Positions 33,481 through 44,376 of a DNA stretch of 64,000 nucleotides are shown one piece after another (the stretch's first letter is position 1; each line of letters starts with the position of its first letter). The position numbers and the translations under genes are program-made. The DNA comes from an uncultured delta proteobacterium (GTDB taxonomy: Bacteria; Desulfobacterota; DSM-4660; Desulfatiglandales; HGW-15). The stretch is taken from positions 21,806 to 85,805 of the forward strand of contig CAVPOU010000002.1 of assembly GCA_963707125.1 (NCBI GenBank), given 5' to 3'. Below the pieces are notes generated by a model, which ran no database searches, had not been told where the DNA came from, and saw only the letters and a program-made list of their open reading frames with translations.

Positions 33481-34668
33481 TTACTTCTTCGCCTTGCTCT
33501 CCCCAGCCATTCCTTTGAGGAGCTGCTCCATGTACCAGATCTGTTTGTCCGTTGCTACTTCCCCTGCTTTCAGGAAAGGCTTTCCGTCCTGGTAATCGAG
33601 AGGCCCCTTAAAGAGCTGGACCTTTCCGCTTCCAAGGTCCTTGATGAATGCGTCCAGCGAAGCCTGCGCGGGTTTTGAAAGGGCGCCTCCTGCAAGGAAT
33701 CCTACGGCGCTGGTGTCAGGATTGTTGATGTCCTTCCAGTCCGGCCCGTTCCAGAGCCACTCTTGTTTGAATTTGCCCTCCATGGCATCCTTGATAAAAT
33801 GAACGTACGCCGGCCCCCAGTTGAAGTACGGAACACCCAGGCAGGCGTCCATGGCGCCCTCGCACGCTCCCTTGTAGTCATACGGAATGGCCCAGACCTG
33901 CTTTTTCTCCTGTCTCTTTTGCCGCGCCACCACCAGAGCTTCCGTGGTGTCAATCCCCGAGATCACCACATCGTAGCCCGTGTTGTGAAAGTTTTGCGCC
34001 ACCTGGGTGGGATCTGCCGTAACGCCTGGGATATTGAACCAGAACCCGATCCACGTCACCTGGAAAGCAAGCGTCTTGGGGTCTTTTTTAAGGACGTTTT
34101 CCCACGCATAACGGGCTCCGAGATAAGCGGAAGCAGCGAGCCTTCGAGTCTCTTCATTGACCAGCGGTCCAAGGTAGCCGATCTTTCCTGTCTGGGTAGT
34201 GAGAGCCGCTGCAAACCCGGCTATCATCTTTCCATATTCCATGCGGCCCATGACATTGGCCAGGTTTTTCGAGGCTTTCCCGGTCAGGACATCATCCCCG
34301 GACACATGGAGAAAATAGGTGTTTGGATGAAGCTTGGCCGCTTCTCTTGCCCCGTCTTTCATATCATCCGAATTGGCAATGATGAGCTTTGCCCCTTTTC
34401 CAACGAGATCGTCGACAAGCTGGGGAATGGTGACTCCCGGTCTGTCCGCCGGGTTGACCTTGTCAATGTAAATCATCTTGGTCCCCGGGACCTTTTTCTC
34501 AACATAAAGACCTGCATCGTAATGGGCCTGACTCCACCCGTGGTCATTGTAAGGCCCTACCAGGAGCACTCCGAAGATAAAAGGCTTGTTTGTTGTCTGA
34601 GCATTGACCGGGTTCATCATCAGCAGTCCGCCCAAAACAAGTGCGATCAAAAAGAACTTTTTCCTCAT
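33481..34668 (-). CDS. BMP-family (PnrA-like) ABC substrate-binding protein
   Basis: Signal peptide, VGPYNDHGWSQAH, TGKIGYLG. Confidence 0.9.
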   Translation of the reverse strand: MRKKFFLIALVLGGLLMMNPVNAQTTNKPFIFGVLLVGPYNDHGWSQAHYDAGLYVEKKVPGTKMIYIDKVNPADRPGVTIPQLVDDLVGKGAKLIIANSDDMKDGAREAAKLHPNTYFLHVSGDDVLTGKASKNLANVMGRMEYGKMIAGFAAALTTQTGKIGYLGPLVNEETRRLAASAYLGARYAWENVLKKDPKTLAFQVTWIGFWFNIPGVTADPTQVAQNFHNTGYDVVISGIDTTEALVVARQKRQEKKQVWAIPYDYKGACEGAMDACLGVPYFNWGPAYVHFIKDAMEGKFKQEWLWNGPDWKDINNPDTSAVGFLAGGALSKPAQASLDAFIKDLGSGKVQLFKGPLDYQDGKPFLKAGEVATDKQIWYMEQLLKGMAGESKAKK

Positions 34669-34744
34669 GGTCTTTTCCCTCCTGTTGTGTCATGTCACGT
34701 TTTCCGTTATCTGTTAACCCTTGTGCTTCGCGGGTTGCCTTTTC

Positions 34745-34990
34745 AGTAACGAGTGACAAGTTACAAGTGACGAGTCGTGATTTCTTGGTTCTTCTCTTGT
34801 CACTTGTGACTTGTCACTCGTCACTGCTTTTTTCAACTTTGGGCACTTCTTAACACTAAATCAAAACCAATCACGAAACCACGAAAATTGGAAAGCACGA
34901 AAAAAAGAATGTTCGATTTTCCCTTCGTATTTTTATCCTTTCGTCGTTTTCCGGTTTTACTGATCACTGATGACTGCTGACTGATCACTG
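34745..34990. repeat. Three stacked short-period palindromic repeats
   Basis: AGTGACR/YGTCACT array (34745-34826), CACGAAA/TTTCGT array (34871-34950), ACTGATC array (34959-34990). Confidence 0.7.
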
Positions 34991-35241
34991 GGTATTATGG
35001 ATTTTGACGTGGGATAGGTGGTGCCGATCACCTGGTCATGCTTGAAGAGGTCTCCGCTTTCGGCCAGCATTTCGAGTTTAAGGGCCGCGTTGAGGAAATA
35101 GATCTGGTTGGGCTTGAAATCAGAGATCCGCTTGAGAAGTCCATTTTTCTCGAAAAAAGACTTCGTGTACGCAATTCGCACATCCAGGTCATCGGGAATC
35201 AGGATGTGGAGATTCTTGTCCACTTTGATCTCGATCATCAC
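34957..35241 (-). CDS. Small hypothetical protein
   Basis: AGGAAG RBS before GTG/ATG; no family recognised; the tail is repeat-encoded. Confidence 0.55.
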   Translation of the reverse strand: MMIEIKVDKNLHILIPDDLDVRIAYTKSFFEKNGLLKRISDFKPNQIYFLNAALKLEMLAESGDLFKHDQVIGTTYPTSKSIIPSDQSAVISDQ

Positions 35242-35394
35242 TGATCTTCCTTTCCCGGTCATTCATCCTGATTGAGACTATGAAATCCCCCTCAAAACCT
35301 CAACCATTTTTTTCTCTAACCCTTGACCCTGATTGCAAGGTTACGCTAGACTCTTAGCCTGTGACTTCTCCGCAAGTTGCGTAGAAGCTCAAAA

Positions 35395-35503
35395 GCGAAC
35401 CGCAGAATATCGAATAACGAATAACGAACGCCGAAGGAAACAAGAGAAGAGATTTAACTTCGTGATTCGAAATTCCTTGTTCGACATTCGACATTCGAGT
35501 TTC
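35395..35503. repeat. CGAATAW/ATTCGAC palindromic heptamer repeat
   Basis: agaatat-cgaataa-cgaataa-cgaacgc ... ttcgaca-ttcgaca-ttcga. Confidence 0.7.
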
Positions 35504-35589
35504 GGGATTCTATTTTGGTTGCGGCCAAAGGCCTGCATCAGGATAAAAGCGGTTTAAACTGACTGATCTCTGTGACTGTCGAGGTTTCT

Positions 35590-36708
35590 ATGCGAGCAAC
35601 GTTTCAACGTGTAACCCTGAGTCTGATTCTTTTCGTTTTCATAACTTCCCCATGCGCAGCTGCACAGGAAGGAGTCCCCCCTGTCTTTAACGCTTTCCCT
35701 TCTCCTAAAACAGTGACTCTCTGCGGAGAACGCATGCCTCTTGAAAACCCGGATGTCTTCGAGATGCTGGACCGGGAGTTCACCGTGATGGTATGGGATC
35801 ACGCCCGGGTCTTCATGCTGCTCAAGCGGGCGGCTAGGTATTTCCCTTTCATTGAAAAAGCCCTCCGTGATGCAGGCATGCCCGATGACCTCAAGTATCT
35901 TGCGGTCGCTGAAAGCTCTCTCATTCCCTATGCCCGGTCAACCTCAGGAGCACTCGGACATTGGCAATTCATACCGGAGACCGGTCAAAGGAAGGGGCTT
36001 CGAAAAGACCACAGTGTGGATGAACGAATGGCCCTTGAACGCTCGACAGAGGCGGCAATCCTTTACCTGACGCAGTTGAAGGAAATGTTCGGGTCTTGGA
36101 CGCTGGCCATGGCCGCTTACAATTGCGGAGAAAACCGACTGCAAAAGGAAATCGGGGAACAAAAGGTGGCGGACTACTATAGACTCAATCTGCCTACGGA
36201 AACGGAGAGATATATCTTTCGCATCGCTGCCATCAAAATCATCCTTGAAAATCCGCGTCGCTACGGCTATATCCTGCCCGAAGACCAGCTGTACAAGCCC
36301 CTGAAATTTGACACCGTGACCGTGAGCATCAGTTCCTCCGTCCACATCACGGATCTGGCTCAAGCCATTGGAATGGACTTCAAGGTGATCAAAGAACTCA
36401 ACCCGGAGTTTCTGGGCTATCATCTGCCGACAGGTCAATACAGTCTCAGAGTTCCGGCTGGTTCAGGACGCAATGCCCTTGCCGCTCTGGCCAATCTAAA
36501 CAATGGGGCCCCTGTGGCAGCTCGGCCCAACAACAACCATACGGCTCCGGCGAATCATTCAGCACAGGGTTTTTACGTGGTCCAACCGGGAGACACCTTG
36601 ACCAGGATCTCGACTGTCACAGGGGTGCCCGTGGAACGGCTCAAAGCGCTCAACGGAATCCAGGACTCCCACATTGAGGTGGGACAGAAGCTAAGGCTGA
36701 CCCCATGA
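35590..36708 (+). CDS. Lytic transglycosylase (SLT) with LysM domain, MltD-like
   Basis: YLAVAES, GHWQFIPETG, AAYNCG, C-terminal YVVQPGDTL. Confidence 0.92.
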   Translation: MRATFQRVTLSLILFVFITSPCAAAQEGVPPVFNAFPSPKTVTLCGERMPLENPDVFEMLDREFTVMVWDHARVFMLLKRAARYFPFIEKALRDAGMPDDLKYLAVAESSLIPYARSTSGALGHWQFIPETGQRKGLRKDHSVDERMALERSTEAAILYLTQLKEMFGSWTLAMAAYNCGENRLQKEIGEQKVADYYRLNLPTETERYIFRIAAIKIILENPRRYGYILPEDQLYKPLKFDTVTVSISSSVHITDLAQAIGMDFKVIKELNPEFLGYHLPTGQYSLRVPAGSGRNALAALANLNNGAPVAARPNNNHTAPANHSAQGFYVVQPGDTLTRISTVTGVPVERLKALNGIQDSHIEVGQKLRLTP

Positions 36709-36747
36709 AGAAGCATAGAGCAGAGAGCGACACAAACTCTGTGTCCC

Positions 36748-36774
36748 GTCATTCCGGCGGAAGCCGGAATCCAG
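36748..36774. repeat. REP-like palindrome (single copy)
   Basis: Identical to 28183-28209. Confidence 0.8.
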
Positions 36775-36790
36775 CGTTTTCGGGCGCTCG

Positions 36791-37789
36791 ATGAATCCAC
36801 GCATAGAAAAATTCATGTTCCGCGATCTGCACCCCCGCGTTTCCATGGGCACGGCCAGTGACCGGTATGCAGGATGGCTGGGGCAGATCTATTCCCCGGA
36901 TCGGTTCGGAGGGAAGATCTCGAAAAGATCCAAGACAGTGGGAGGCCAGACCGTCACTGAGGAGCTCCTGCCCGTGGAAAGCGTGCAAGAGTATTTTCAG
37001 CATTTCTCGATTCTGGAACTGGATTTCACTTTCTACAGTCTGCTTCTGGACGACCATTCGAATCCTACCCCAACCTATCGCGTCCTCGAGACATACCGGA
37101 AACATCTCAAAGACGCGGATCGCCTCGTTCTAAAAGTTCCCCAAACGATTTTCGCCCAGAAATTATGGAAAGGGGGAAAGTTCGCTGAGAATCCTGGGTA
37201 TCTGAACACGGAGATCTTCATTCAGAAATTCTACACGCCCGCCATGGAATTGCTGGGCCCAACCCTCCAGGGATTCATATTTGAGCAGGAGTATCAGGCC
37301 AAGAAGGAACGGCCCTCTCCGGATCAGTTCGCCTCTGCTCTGGACCGGTTCTTTGAAAGGATTCCGGGGGATGATCGCTACCACGTGGAATTGAGGACCG
37401 AAGCGCTTCTCTCTAAAGACTACTTTCAGGTTCTTGATAAGCATGGGATCGGCCAGGTTCTCTCTCACTGGACCTGGCTGCCTTCGCTTCGCAAGCAGTT
37501 CTCAAAAGGATCCGGCCGATTCTTCAATGCGGGAAAGAAGACGGTCATCCGGTTGATGACGCCGATTGGAATGCGCTATGAGGAAGCATACCTCAAGGCG
37601 TTCCCTTTCGACAAAATGGTTGAGGGGATGATGAGTCCTCGCATGCCCGAAGAGACCGCAGAGATCATGCTTGCGGCTGTGAAAGAGGACGTGCAGGCGA
37701 ATGTCATTATCAACAACCGGGCAGGAGGCAATGCACCGCTCATCGCCCAGAAGGTGGCAGAGAAATTCATACAGGACAGCAAGCAGTAG
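36791..37789 (+). CDS. DUF72-family protein
   Basis: MGTASDRYAGW, ELDFTFY, VLKVP, HVELR, INNRAGGNAP. Confidence 0.85.
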   Translation: MNPRIEKFMFRDLHPRVSMGTASDRYAGWLGQIYSPDRFGGKISKRSKTVGGQTVTEELLPVESVQEYFQHFSILELDFTFYSLLLDDHSNPTPTYRVLETYRKHLKDADRLVLKVPQTIFAQKLWKGGKFAENPGYLNTEIFIQKFYTPAMELLGPTLQGFIFEQEYQAKKERPSPDQFASALDRFFERIPGDDRYHVELRTEALLSKDYFQVLDKHGIGQVLSHWTWLPSLRKQFSKGSGRFFNAGKKTVIRLMTPIGMRYEEAYLKAFPFDKMVEGMMSPRMPEETAEIMLAAVKEDVQANVIINNRAGGNAPLIAQKVAEKFIQDSKQ

Positions 37790-37866
37790 GTGAGTATGCA
37801 GTAAGCACCAAGGACCACTCCCCACCGCCTTTTCCTTTCTGCTTACTCCTTACTGCCTACTGCGTA

Positions 37867-38787
37867 CTATTTTCCTACCGGAAACAGCCAAGCTTTAAAA
37901 CGATCATCCTTGCCGGCAACAATATCGCTCATCGAGGCGGAGAGCTTTCGGGTCACCGGTCCCGGGACCTCTTCAAGGATCCTGTCTTCAATCTGGCGAA
38001 TGGCAAGGGCTTTGATGGGTGTGCCGGAATACAAAATCTCCTCCGCCTCCAAAAACAGCTCCGGCCTCAGCCTTCCCTCGAAAGTCGGGATGCCTGTTGC
38101 CTGGGCCACCTGAAGAAGGGACTTACGAGAGATGCTCGCGAGGATGGTTCCGAGACCTGGGGCCATGAGCACGCCTCCCTTGACCAGGAAGACGGACTCC
38201 GTGCCTCCCTCTGCGATGAATCCCTGCGTGTCCAGCATGATGGCATTGTCAAAACCCCGTTTTTTTGCTTCGGCCCTTGCCATCATCCCGTTGAGGTAAT
38301 TGGCGGCCGCTTTGGCTTCCACAGGCACGGTCTCAGGATCGAGCTTGCGCCATTTGGAAACGCAAGCGCTGACCCCGCGATCAAAGGGGAACTTGAGGCC
38401 CCCTAGATCTTCCAGGGGATCAACCACAAAGATGGAGAGGTCGAGCATTTTCTGAGGCGGCAGAATCTCAAAGGCGATCTGGGAATAATAGCAGATGATC
38501 TTGATGAAGCCTTGCCGGACGCCGTTTCGCCGGACAGAATCCAGTACGGCCTCCTGAATGGCCTGCTTGGTGCCGGGGAGTTCCATGTCCAGAAGTCCTG
38601 CGCTTCTGAAGAGCCGGTCCATGTGTTCATCCAGCCGGAAAACCGCAGGCCCGAGCCGTGTGTCATGAAGGCTCAGAACTTCAAAGATCGCAGAGCCGCG
38701 GCCAAAGGAATGACACATCAGATGCGCTTTTGCCTGATTCCAGGCCACAAACTCGCCGTTAAGAAACACCATCCTGTCTTCGAGCAT
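37867..38787 (-). CDS. ilvE: Class IV PLP aminotransferase (branched-chain amino acid aminotransferase-like)
   Basis: FRLDEHMDRL, AKAAANY, IAEGGTESVF; GGAGG RBS. Confidence 0.85.
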   Translation of the reverse strand: MLEDRMVFLNGEFVAWNQAKAHLMCHSFGRGSAIFEVLSLHDTRLGPAVFRLDEHMDRLFRSAGLLDMELPGTKQAIQEAVLDSVRRNGVRQGFIKIICYYSQIAFEILPPQKMLDLSIFVVDPLEDLGGLKFPFDRGVSACVSKWRKLDPETVPVEAKAAANYLNGMMARAEAKKRGFDNAIMLDTQGFIAEGGTESVFLVKGGVLMAPGLGTILASISRKSLLQVAQATGIPTFEGRLRPELFLEAEEILYSGTPIKALAIRQIEDRILEEVPGPVTRKLSASMSDIVAGKDDRFKAWLFPVGK

Positions 38788-39103
38788 GAAAACCTCCTCC
38801 CAATAAGGGGAACCTGAAAAAACAAACAATGGCAACAAGTTCAGAGATGCACTATAAGGTAAAGGGAAGAGGGAGTCAACCCTGAGCGGCTCTGCTTACC
38901 CCTTTTTCCGAGCGTTTCTTCAGCGCGGTCGAAGGGTCAAGGCGCGAACCCGAGGAAAACTCCCTTTTCCCTTGAAAAGAGAATGGCCTTTGTGTTATCG
39001 AATGGGATAATACGTGGTGGTTTTCTAGGGATGTCTAAGGCGGGGGTCCTCCTGATGGGATCTCATAAAAAGACACGCTTTATCAAGAAAGGGGGAACAG
39101 TGA

Positions 39104-40117
39104 ATGAAGGCTTTTAGATTGGTTGTAGCGGTTCTGTTGCTCCTTGGGGCAGCGGGTGCGGCTGTCGCAGGGACCCTGGATGAAGTGAAGGCGAGAGGGG
39201 TTCTCGTTGCGGGAGTGAACGGCCAGGTCTTTGGATTTGGCATGCCTGACGAGAAAGGCGTCTGGAAGGGCCTTGACGTGGACACCGCAAAAGCGATTTC
39301 TGCAGCGGTCTTCGGAGATGCCAACAAAGTCAAGTACGTAGCGGTCACCGCGGTTCAGCGACTGCCGGCCCTTCAGTCCAAAGAGGTTGACGTGCTGTGC
39401 CGAAATACCACGGCGACTCTGACCCGGGAAACGACAAACGGCCTGAACTTCGCTCACGTCAACTATTACGACGGCCAGGGATTTATGGTTCATAAAAAGC
39501 TAAACCTCAAAAGCGCCAAACAGCTCGGCGGCGCAACGGTATGCGTTCTGCCAGGAACCACCACGGAGATGAATGCAGCCGACTATTTCAGGAAGAATGG
39601 AATGGCATGGAAACCCGTGGTCATCGAGCAGAACGTGGAATTGAACAAAGCCTTCTTTGGGGGCCGGTGTGACTCCCTCACATCCGATGTGTCCCAGTTG
39701 GCCGCCCACCGCTCCGTTGCTCCGAACCCTGAAGAATATGTCATTCTGCCGGAGATTATTTCCAAGGAACCTCTGGCTCCGGTGGTTCGTCACGGAGACG
39801 ATCAATGGTATGACATCGTCAACTGGACCGTTATGGCCATGATCGAGGCAGAGGAAATGGGGATCACTTCCCAGAACGTGGACGAGATGCTCAAAAGCAC
39901 AGATCCCAATATCCAGCGCCTTCTCGGCGTCACACCGGGCATGGGTAAAGCGCTCGGCCTTGACGAAAAATGGGCCTACAACATCATCAAGCAGGTCGGA
40001 AACTACGGTGAAGTGTTTGAGCGGAGCGTCGGCAAAAATACTCCCCTTAAGCTAGAACGGGGCTTGAACGAACTCTGGACAAAAGGCGGGCTGATGTACG
40101 CTTTGCCGATCCGATAA
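39104..40117 (+). CDS. aapJ: General L-amino acid ABC transporter substrate-binding protein
   Basis: Signal peptide, YYDGQGF, ISKEPL, VGNYGEVFER. Confidence 0.93.
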   Translation: MKAFRLVVAVLLLLGAAGAAVAGTLDEVKARGVLVAGVNGQVFGFGMPDEKGVWKGLDVDTAKAISAAVFGDANKVKYVAVTAVQRLPALQSKEVDVLCRNTTATLTRETTNGLNFAHVNYYDGQGFMVHKKLNLKSAKQLGGATVCVLPGTTTEMNAADYFRKNGMAWKPVVIEQNVELNKAFFGGRCDSLTSDVSQLAAHRSVAPNPEEYVILPEIISKEPLAPVVRHGDDQWYDIVNWTVMAMIEAEEMGITSQNVDEMLKSTDPNIQRLLGVTPGMGKALGLDEKWAYNIIKQVGNYGEVFERSVGKNTPLKLERGLNELWTKGGLMYALPIR

Positions 40118-40129
40118 ATACACTCTAAG

Positions 40130-40157
40130 GGTGCCCCGACAAGGGGCACCTTTGTTT
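40130..40157 (+). terminator. Intra-operon hairpin/terminator after aapJ
   Basis: GGTGCCCC-GACAA-GGGGCACC-TTTGTTT. Confidence 0.7.
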
Positions 40158-40327
40158 AAAGAGTACCAATCCGCTCATCCACTAGGCATGCGGACCCCCT
40201 TACACCTGCCCTTGACTCAGATTCGAGGGAAAGGGCAAGGGTGCGGGTATGAATTCTGAAGCCCTGAATCCGAGGCACGGACTCCAGAACGCAAGTCTTC
40301 GACCAGTCCCTCATTCCGGTAAAGGAA

Positions 40328-41512
40328 ATGACAGGCCCCAAGGACAGTTCTTTTGCAGAAAAGGTTCCTTTCTGGCTTGACCCTAACAAAAGGGCCATCA
40401 TTTTCCAGCTCCTCTCCATCGGTGTTGTTGGGCTGATCATCTACTATCTCGTCTCCAACACCCTCGTCAATCTTCAGAAGCAGTCCATCGCCACAGGGTT
40501 CGGTTTTCTCAAGAAAGAGGCTGCTTTCGAAATCGGGGAATCTTTGATCCCCTATTCCGCAGCCAATACTTACACCCGCGCTCTGCTGGTGGGCGCCCTC
40601 AATACCATTAAGGTCGCGTTTGTTGGTGTCGTCATCACCATCCTCATGGGGACAATTATCGGAGTGGCAAGGCTTTCCACCAACTGGCTTGTGGCAAAGC
40701 TTTCCGCCATCTACATTGAAGTCATGCAGGACCTTCCTATTCTTCTCCAGCTCGTGTTCTGGTATGCCATTTTCTACGAGAGCCTGCCTCCCCCAAGCGA
40801 TGCCCTTTGCCCGGGAGCGGGCATCTATCTTTGCAACCGGGGTGTTGCGTTCACCATTCCCGAAGCACATCCGGCTCATCTTTACATGTTTTTTGCCTTT
40901 CTAGCAGGCTGTGTGGGGGCCTATTTCATTCGGCGATGGGCAAAGAAGAGGCAGGAGAGGACCGGCCAGTATTTTCCCGTCTTTCGTGTGTCCCTGGTAT
41001 TGCTCATAGGGCTCCCTCTCATCGTGTGGCTCGCAGCAGGCTCTCCCATAAAAATGGATGCGCCGAAACTGACGGGGTTTAACTTTGAGGGAGGTCTGAC
41101 CGTAAGCCCCGAGTTCATGGCGCTTTTACTGGGCCTTGTCCTGTACACGTCCGCTTTTGTCGCAGAAGTGGTTCGCGCAGGAATCCAGTCGGTCAGCAAA
41201 GGGCAGAGAGAGGCGGCCATGTCCATCGGCCTCAGGCCGACCCTGGTGCTCAACCTGGTCATCTTGCCCCAGGCTTTGCGGGTCATTGTTCCGCCCCTGA
41301 CGAGCCAGATGCTTAACCTGACTAAAAACAGCTCCCTGGCTGTGGCCATAGGATATCCGGACTTCGTTTCGGTCGCCAACACAACCATAAACCAGACAGG
41401 CCAGTCCATTGAAGGCGTTGCCCTCATTATGGCTGTCTATCTTGTCTTCAGCCTCTCGACCTCCGCTTTCATGAACTGGTACAACAAGCGCGTGGCCCTA
41501 GTGGAAAGATAG
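40328..41512 (+). CDS. aapQ: Amino acid ABC transporter permease
   Basis: AEVVRAGIQSVSKGQREAA, KNSSLAVAIGYPD. Confidence 0.92.
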   Translation: MTGPKDSSFAEKVPFWLDPNKRAIIFQLLSIGVVGLIIYYLVSNTLVNLQKQSIATGFGFLKKEAAFEIGESLIPYSAANTYTRALLVGALNTIKVAFVGVVITILMGTIIGVARLSTNWLVAKLSAIYIEVMQDLPILLQLVFWYAIFYESLPPPSDALCPGAGIYLCNRGVAFTIPEAHPAHLYMFFAFLAGCVGAYFIRRWAKKRQERTGQYFPVFRVSLVLLIGLPLIVWLAAGSPIKMDAPKLTGFNFEGGLTVSPEFMALLLGLVLYTSAFVAEVVRAGIQSVSKGQREAAMSIGLRPTLVLNLVILPQALRVIVPPLTSQMLNLTKNSSLAVAIGYPDFVSVANTTINQTGQSIEGVALIMAVYLVFSLSTSAFMNWYNKRVALVER

Positions 41513-41564
41513 GCCAAGAGGTTAAAGGATAAAGGTCAAAGGTATACGGAAAACAAAAGAAGAG

Positions 41565-42659
41565 ATGGACACACTTACTAAAACCATAGACGCCGACCAT
41601 ACAAGACCTCCGGTGACCAGTGTCGGCGTTATCGGGTGGATTAGAGCGAACCTCTTTAACAGTGTCTTCAACTCTATTCTCAGCCTTGTGACCCTCTTCC
41701 TCCTCGGTAAAGTCGTGCCTCCTCTCGTCCGGTGGGCTTTTATCGACAGTGTCTGGGTTAGCAGCGGCCAGGCCTGCAAACAGGCAGCCGGCGCCTGCTG
41801 GTCCATCATTTCTTCAAACTTCCGCTTTATCCTGTTCGGGTTTTATCCTCAAGAACTGCAGTGGCGTCCCCTCGTGGCGATGCTCATCCTGTTTGGTCTT
41901 TTCTTTTACAGCAGAGACAGAACACACTGGAAAAAGTCGCTCGGCTATGCATGGATCGTGGGGTTGATTTTGATGGGGCTCCTCATGACGGGTGGGATCT
42001 TCGGACTCACGCACGTTGAAAGCACGCAGTGGAGCGGTTTGCCCCTCACCCTCCTGCTCGCCGTGTTCGGCCTGACCGCCGCTTATCCCCTGGGAGTGAT
42101 TTTGGCCCTCGGCCGCCGTTCGAAAATGCCTGCCGTCAAAATCATGTCTATCCTCTACATCGAGCTCATCCGCGGCGTCCCCCTGATAAGTCTTCTCTTC
42201 ATGTCTTCCATCATCTTTCCTCTGTTCTTGCCGGAAGGCGTTACCATCAATAAGATCCTGCGAGCGCAGGTGGCGATCATCCTTTTTACTGCCGCCTATA
42301 TTGCCGAGGTGGTACGTGGAGGGCTGCAGGGTATCTCCAGGGGTCAATACGAAGCGGCAGAGTCGTTGGGTTTGAACTACCTTCTCACCATGAGGCTGAT
42401 CATCCTTCCACAGGCCCTGAAGATTGTGATTCCGCCCTCCGTGAGCATCCTCATCTCCGCATTCAAGGATACGTCTCTTGTGGTGATCATTGCGCTCTTT
42501 GATATACTCCGGACCACCCAGACCGTGCTCTCCAACCCGGAATGGATGGGATTTAGCCGTGAAGCCTATCTTTTCATCGGGCTCCTGTACTTCTTAGGCT
42601 GTTTTTCCATGTCCAACTACAGCAGAAAATTGGAAAAGGAGCTTTCAACGGGACGATAA
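41565..42659 (+). CDS. aapM: Amino acid ABC transporter permease
   Basis: IRGVPLIS, AEVVRGGLQ..GQYEAA, FKDTSL. Confidence 0.92.
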   Translation: MDTLTKTIDADHTRPPVTSVGVIGWIRANLFNSVFNSILSLVTLFLLGKVVPPLVRWAFIDSVWVSSGQACKQAAGACWSIISSNFRFILFGFYPQELQWRPLVAMLILFGLFFYSRDRTHWKKSLGYAWIVGLILMGLLMTGGIFGLTHVESTQWSGLPLTLLLAVFGLTAAYPLGVILALGRRSKMPAVKIMSILYIELIRGVPLISLLFMSSIIFPLFLPEGVTINKILRAQVAIILFTAAYIAEVVRGGLQGISRGQYEAAESLGLNYLLTMRLIILPQALKIVIPPSVSILISAFKDTSLVVIIALFDILRTTQTVLSNPEWMGFSREAYLFIGLLYFLGCFSMSNYSRKLEKELSTGR

Positions 42660-42678
42660 GTTTTTGTGAGAGGTGTTT

Positions 42679-43455
42679 ATGAGCGAGGAACTGGCGAAGA
42701 AAGAGGAAAGGAATCCATCGAGCGAAGCGATGATAGAATTCATCGATGTGCATAAGTGGTTTGGTGAGTTCCATGTGCTTCAGGGAATTGACCTAACGGT
42801 TCAAAAGCAGGAGCGGATCGTCATCTGCGGTCCCTCTGGCTCGGGGAAATCCACGCTGATCCGGTGCATTAATCGCCTGGAAGAGCATCAGAAGGGACGG
42901 ATCATTGTGGATGGTATCGAGCTGACCAACAATATTAAGAACATCGAGAAAATCCGAGCAGAAGTGGGCATGGTGTTCCAGCACTTCAACCTTTTTCCTC
43001 ATCTCAACATCGTGGACAATTTAATCCTCGGTCCTTTGTGGGTTCGAAAAGTCCCCAAGAAACAGGCGGAAGAGGCGGCCATGCATTGCCTGGAAAAGGT
43101 CCACATCGCCGAGCAAGCGAAGAAATATCCCGGTCAACTGTCCGGTGGACAGCAGCAGCGAGTGGCCATTGCCCGAAGTCTCTGCATGAACCCGAAGGTC
43201 ATGCTCTTTGATGAGCCGACCTCCGCCCTTGACCCGGAGATGATCAAAGAAGTGCTCGACGTCATGATCGAACTTGCAAAGGAAGGCATGACCATGATCG
43301 TGGTGACCCACGAGATGGGTTTTGCCAAGAGCGTTGCCCACAGAGTTCTGTTCATGGACTATGGGAAGATCGTGGAAGGAAACACGCCTGAGGACTTCTT
43401 CAGTCATCCCCAGCTCGAGAGAACCAAGCTATTCCTGAGCCAGATCCTCCACTGA
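42679..43455 (+). CDS. aapP: Amino acid ABC transporter ATP-binding protein
   Basis: [25 protein letters not shown]. Confidence 0.95.
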   Translation: MSEELAKKEERNPSSEAMIEFIDVHKWFGEFHVLQGIDLTVQKQERIVICGPSGSGKSTLIRCINRLEEHQKGRIIVDGIELTNNIKNIEKIRAEVGMVFQHFNLFPHLNIVDNLILGPLWVRKVPKKQAEEAAMHCLEKVHIAEQAKKYPGQLSGGQQQRVAIARSLCMNPKVMLFDEPTSALDPEMIKEVLDVMIELAKEGMTMIVVTHEMGFAKSVAHRVLFMDYGKIVEGNTPEDFFSHPQLERTKLFLSQILH

Positions 43456-43456
43456 G

Positions 43457-44374
43457 CTAATATCTTCGATACAGCCAATCACCAAGAGGAACAAGCACCC
43501 CTGCCGTTGCCGCACCAGCAAACACATCCACCGCGTAGTGGTATCTGCAGTAGACCGTGGCGAAACTCAGAGCAACCGTCGCCGCAAGGATCAGATGCCG
43601 AACTCGCGGCAGATACTTCCACGAAAAAAAGAGCGTGCACAGGGCTGCCGCCACGTGGCTGCTCGGAAATGCGGCCCCGCCTGATTCAAAGGTCCTGTAA
43701 AGAATCTTCATCCAATTAAAGAACGGACCGGATGTAATGCCCGGCGGAAATTCAAGGGGGTAGTATGGGAGTTGTTGCTGGTCCAAATACCTTGGGATCT
43801 CCATAAAAAATGCAGGCGGTCCAGCCACAGGGAGGAAGATGAAGGCGAGAAAGCACACATAGAACACAAAAGAGAGCACGGCCAAGTAATGCCAAAACGG
43901 TTCTCTGCCCTGGAAATAAAGTGCCAGTCCCACCCCCGCGATCATCACGTAATATGAAAAGTAGCTCATGTAGAAGAATTCGCTGACCACCGGATGAGGA
44001 AAAGCGTTCATGAGCACTACTGCAGGCTGAAAGCCGAAGATCCGCTCTTCAAGGGCGATGAAAGCAGGGTCCAGGTACCTGTCCACGAACATGAGATTCA
44101 ATTGCTCAGATTCCCGGTACAGGAACAAATAAAGAATCAGCGGGTAAAAGTGTCGGAAAAAGGAGAAAAACCGGTTTTCTGGCCGGCGTGCGCTCCCGAG
44201 GATAAAGGCGTGAATGACCAAAATGCCTGCCCCGTGGGCCAGAAGGAGCGTTTGAAAATTAGGAACACTTTCGTTGTGAAAGAAGAGGATCAGCGCTCCC
44301 ACCAGCAGCAGGTAGGTCTGGGTGGCGTAATCGACGAAACGGTAGCTCCGGGTTATGCCGGCCCATGGGGTCAT
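43457..44374 (-). CDS. PAP2-superfamily multi-TM lipid phosphotransferase/phosphatase (Aur1/IPC-synthase-like)
   Basis: AAFPSSH and RYHYAVD catalytic motifs, FLPVAGP, several TM helices. Confidence 0.8.
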   Translation of the reverse strand: MTPWAGITRSYRFVDYATQTYLLLVGALILFFHNESVPNFQTLLLAHGAGILVIHAFILGSARRPENRFFSFFRHFYPLILYLFLYRESEQLNLMFVDRYLDPAFIALEERIFGFQPAVVLMNAFPHPVVSEFFYMSYFSYYVMIAGVGLALYFQGREPFWHYLAVLSFVFYVCFLAFIFLPVAGPPAFFMEIPRYLDQQQLPYYPLEFPPGITSGPFFNWMKILYRTFESGGAAFPSSHVAAALCTLFFSWKYLPRVRHLILAATVALSFATVYCRYHYAVDVFAGAATAGVLVPLGDWLYRRY

Positions 44375-44376
44375 GC